Source: Octopus sinensis (taxonomy: Eukaryota). From it: 64,000 nt of DNA. Position numbers and translations under genes: made by a program. The notes beneath the pieces are model-generated. The model ran no database searches and was not told the origin of the DNA. It saw nothing but the letters and a program-made list of their open reading frames with translations. The stretch lies in NCBI RefSeq assembly GCF_006345805.1, contig NC_043002.1:13144001-13208000 (forward strand). The letters run 5' to 3'. Positions 62,939-64,000 of the stretch are shown here, in pieces (position 1 is the first letter of the stretch; the number at the start of each line of letters is the position of its first letter).

Positions 62939-63424
62939 ACACACACACACACATACACACACACACACACAAAAACACACACTCGCGCACGCAAACACGC
63001 ACAGACATACAAACACATACACGTCATGTATGTATGCATGCATGTATGTATGTATGTGTGTGTGTGTGTGCGCGTGTGTGTGTGTGTGTGTGTGTCTGTC
63101 TACATCTTTGTTGCTTGTTCTCTCACCGTTTGAAACCGGTGTTGATTTGTTTACGTCCCCGTTTCCTAGAGGTCAGACTAAAGATTCTATATAGTAATGG
63201 CAAGACGTAACACAATAAAATAAGCACTTAGGGCCGATTTGTTCAATTAAATCCTTAAAGCCGGTGCTCCAGCATGGTTGCAGCCAAAAGGATATCAATG
63301 ATTTCTTTACGCAGAATTACAAATGAATGTAAACATTAAAAAGCTTTGTTAACGATTTTAAGTCTTGTATCATAAAAATCATCATACCTTCCGGTAAACA
63401 TACATTTAGTACATTAAATGTAAA

Positions 63425-63812
63425 GCTACACACTCGTGGTACTCTGTCGGTTACGACGACGAGGGTTCCAGTTGATCCGATCAACGGAACAGTCTGCTCG
63501 TGAAATTAACGTGCAAGTGGCTGAGCGCTCCGCAAACAAGTGTACCCTTAACGTAGTTCTCGGGGAGATTCAACGTGGCACAGAGTGTGACAAAGCTGGC
63601 CCTTTGAAATACAGGTACAACAGAAACAGGAAGAAAGAGTGAGAGAAAGTTGTGGGGAAAGAGTACAGCAGAGATCGTCACCAATCCCTGCCGGAGCGTC
63701 GTGGAGCTTTAGGTGTTTACGCTCAAGAAACACTTACAACGCCCGGTCTGTGAATCGAAACCGCAATCCTACGACAGCGAGTCCGCTGCCATAACTACTG
63801 GGCCATTGTCCC
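63425..63812 (-). mobile_element. SINE family 3, full length
   Basis: Homologous to 16871-17211. Confidence 0.85.
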
Positions 63813-64000
63813 ATCCGCTCTACAGACTATACAAATTACACATACAACACGACGAAGAAAAAATTGAATAACAGGAATCTAGTCTCTTAATCATTATTCT
63901 TTTTTGTTTGTGCCGCTGGTTTGCAAACGCATCTAAGAAGTATTAGTGTTGCAAGGGACATAACTTCAACTTTCTTCAGAATTACTTCCCTTCAATGACG

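Noticed and set aside
16421-63812. SINE orientation bias (about 21 minus versus 11 plus) implying a host intron
   Set aside because: Small, partly non-independent sample; not convincing by a rough binomial estimate.

Overview
AT-rich, repeat-saturated metazoan DNA, intergenic or deep intronic. The SINE types and microsatellite load suggest an octopus or other coleoid cephalopod (inference, not verifiable here). No host protein-coding gene, true RNA gene or CRISPR array is supported, and most ORF-track entries are microsatellite read-throughs. Recognisable content: a full-length Tx1-group (L1 clade) LINE plus five related fragments, a Neptune-type Penelope-like element (PLE), R4/Dong-type fragments, three RTE copies (one full-length with a 10-bp TSD), mariner/Helitron/MITE relics, three tRNA-derived SINE families (about 30 copies) and about a dozen hammerhead-ribozyme-like motifs. 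Main signals: (1) Tx1 copies stacked head-to-tail in (ATCT)n, with a SINE family carrying a Tx1-type 3' end and forming multimers at recurrent junctions; (2) a ~200-bp minimal-hammerhead element family with stem-I covariation, one subfamily with a fixed non-canonical A6U core whose autonomous PLE is in the window; (3) apparent partitioning of microsatellites among retroelement clades (Tx1/ATCT, Dong/TAA, RTE/TGTA, PLE/TA). All alignments and folds were done by eye and many boundaries are approximate.
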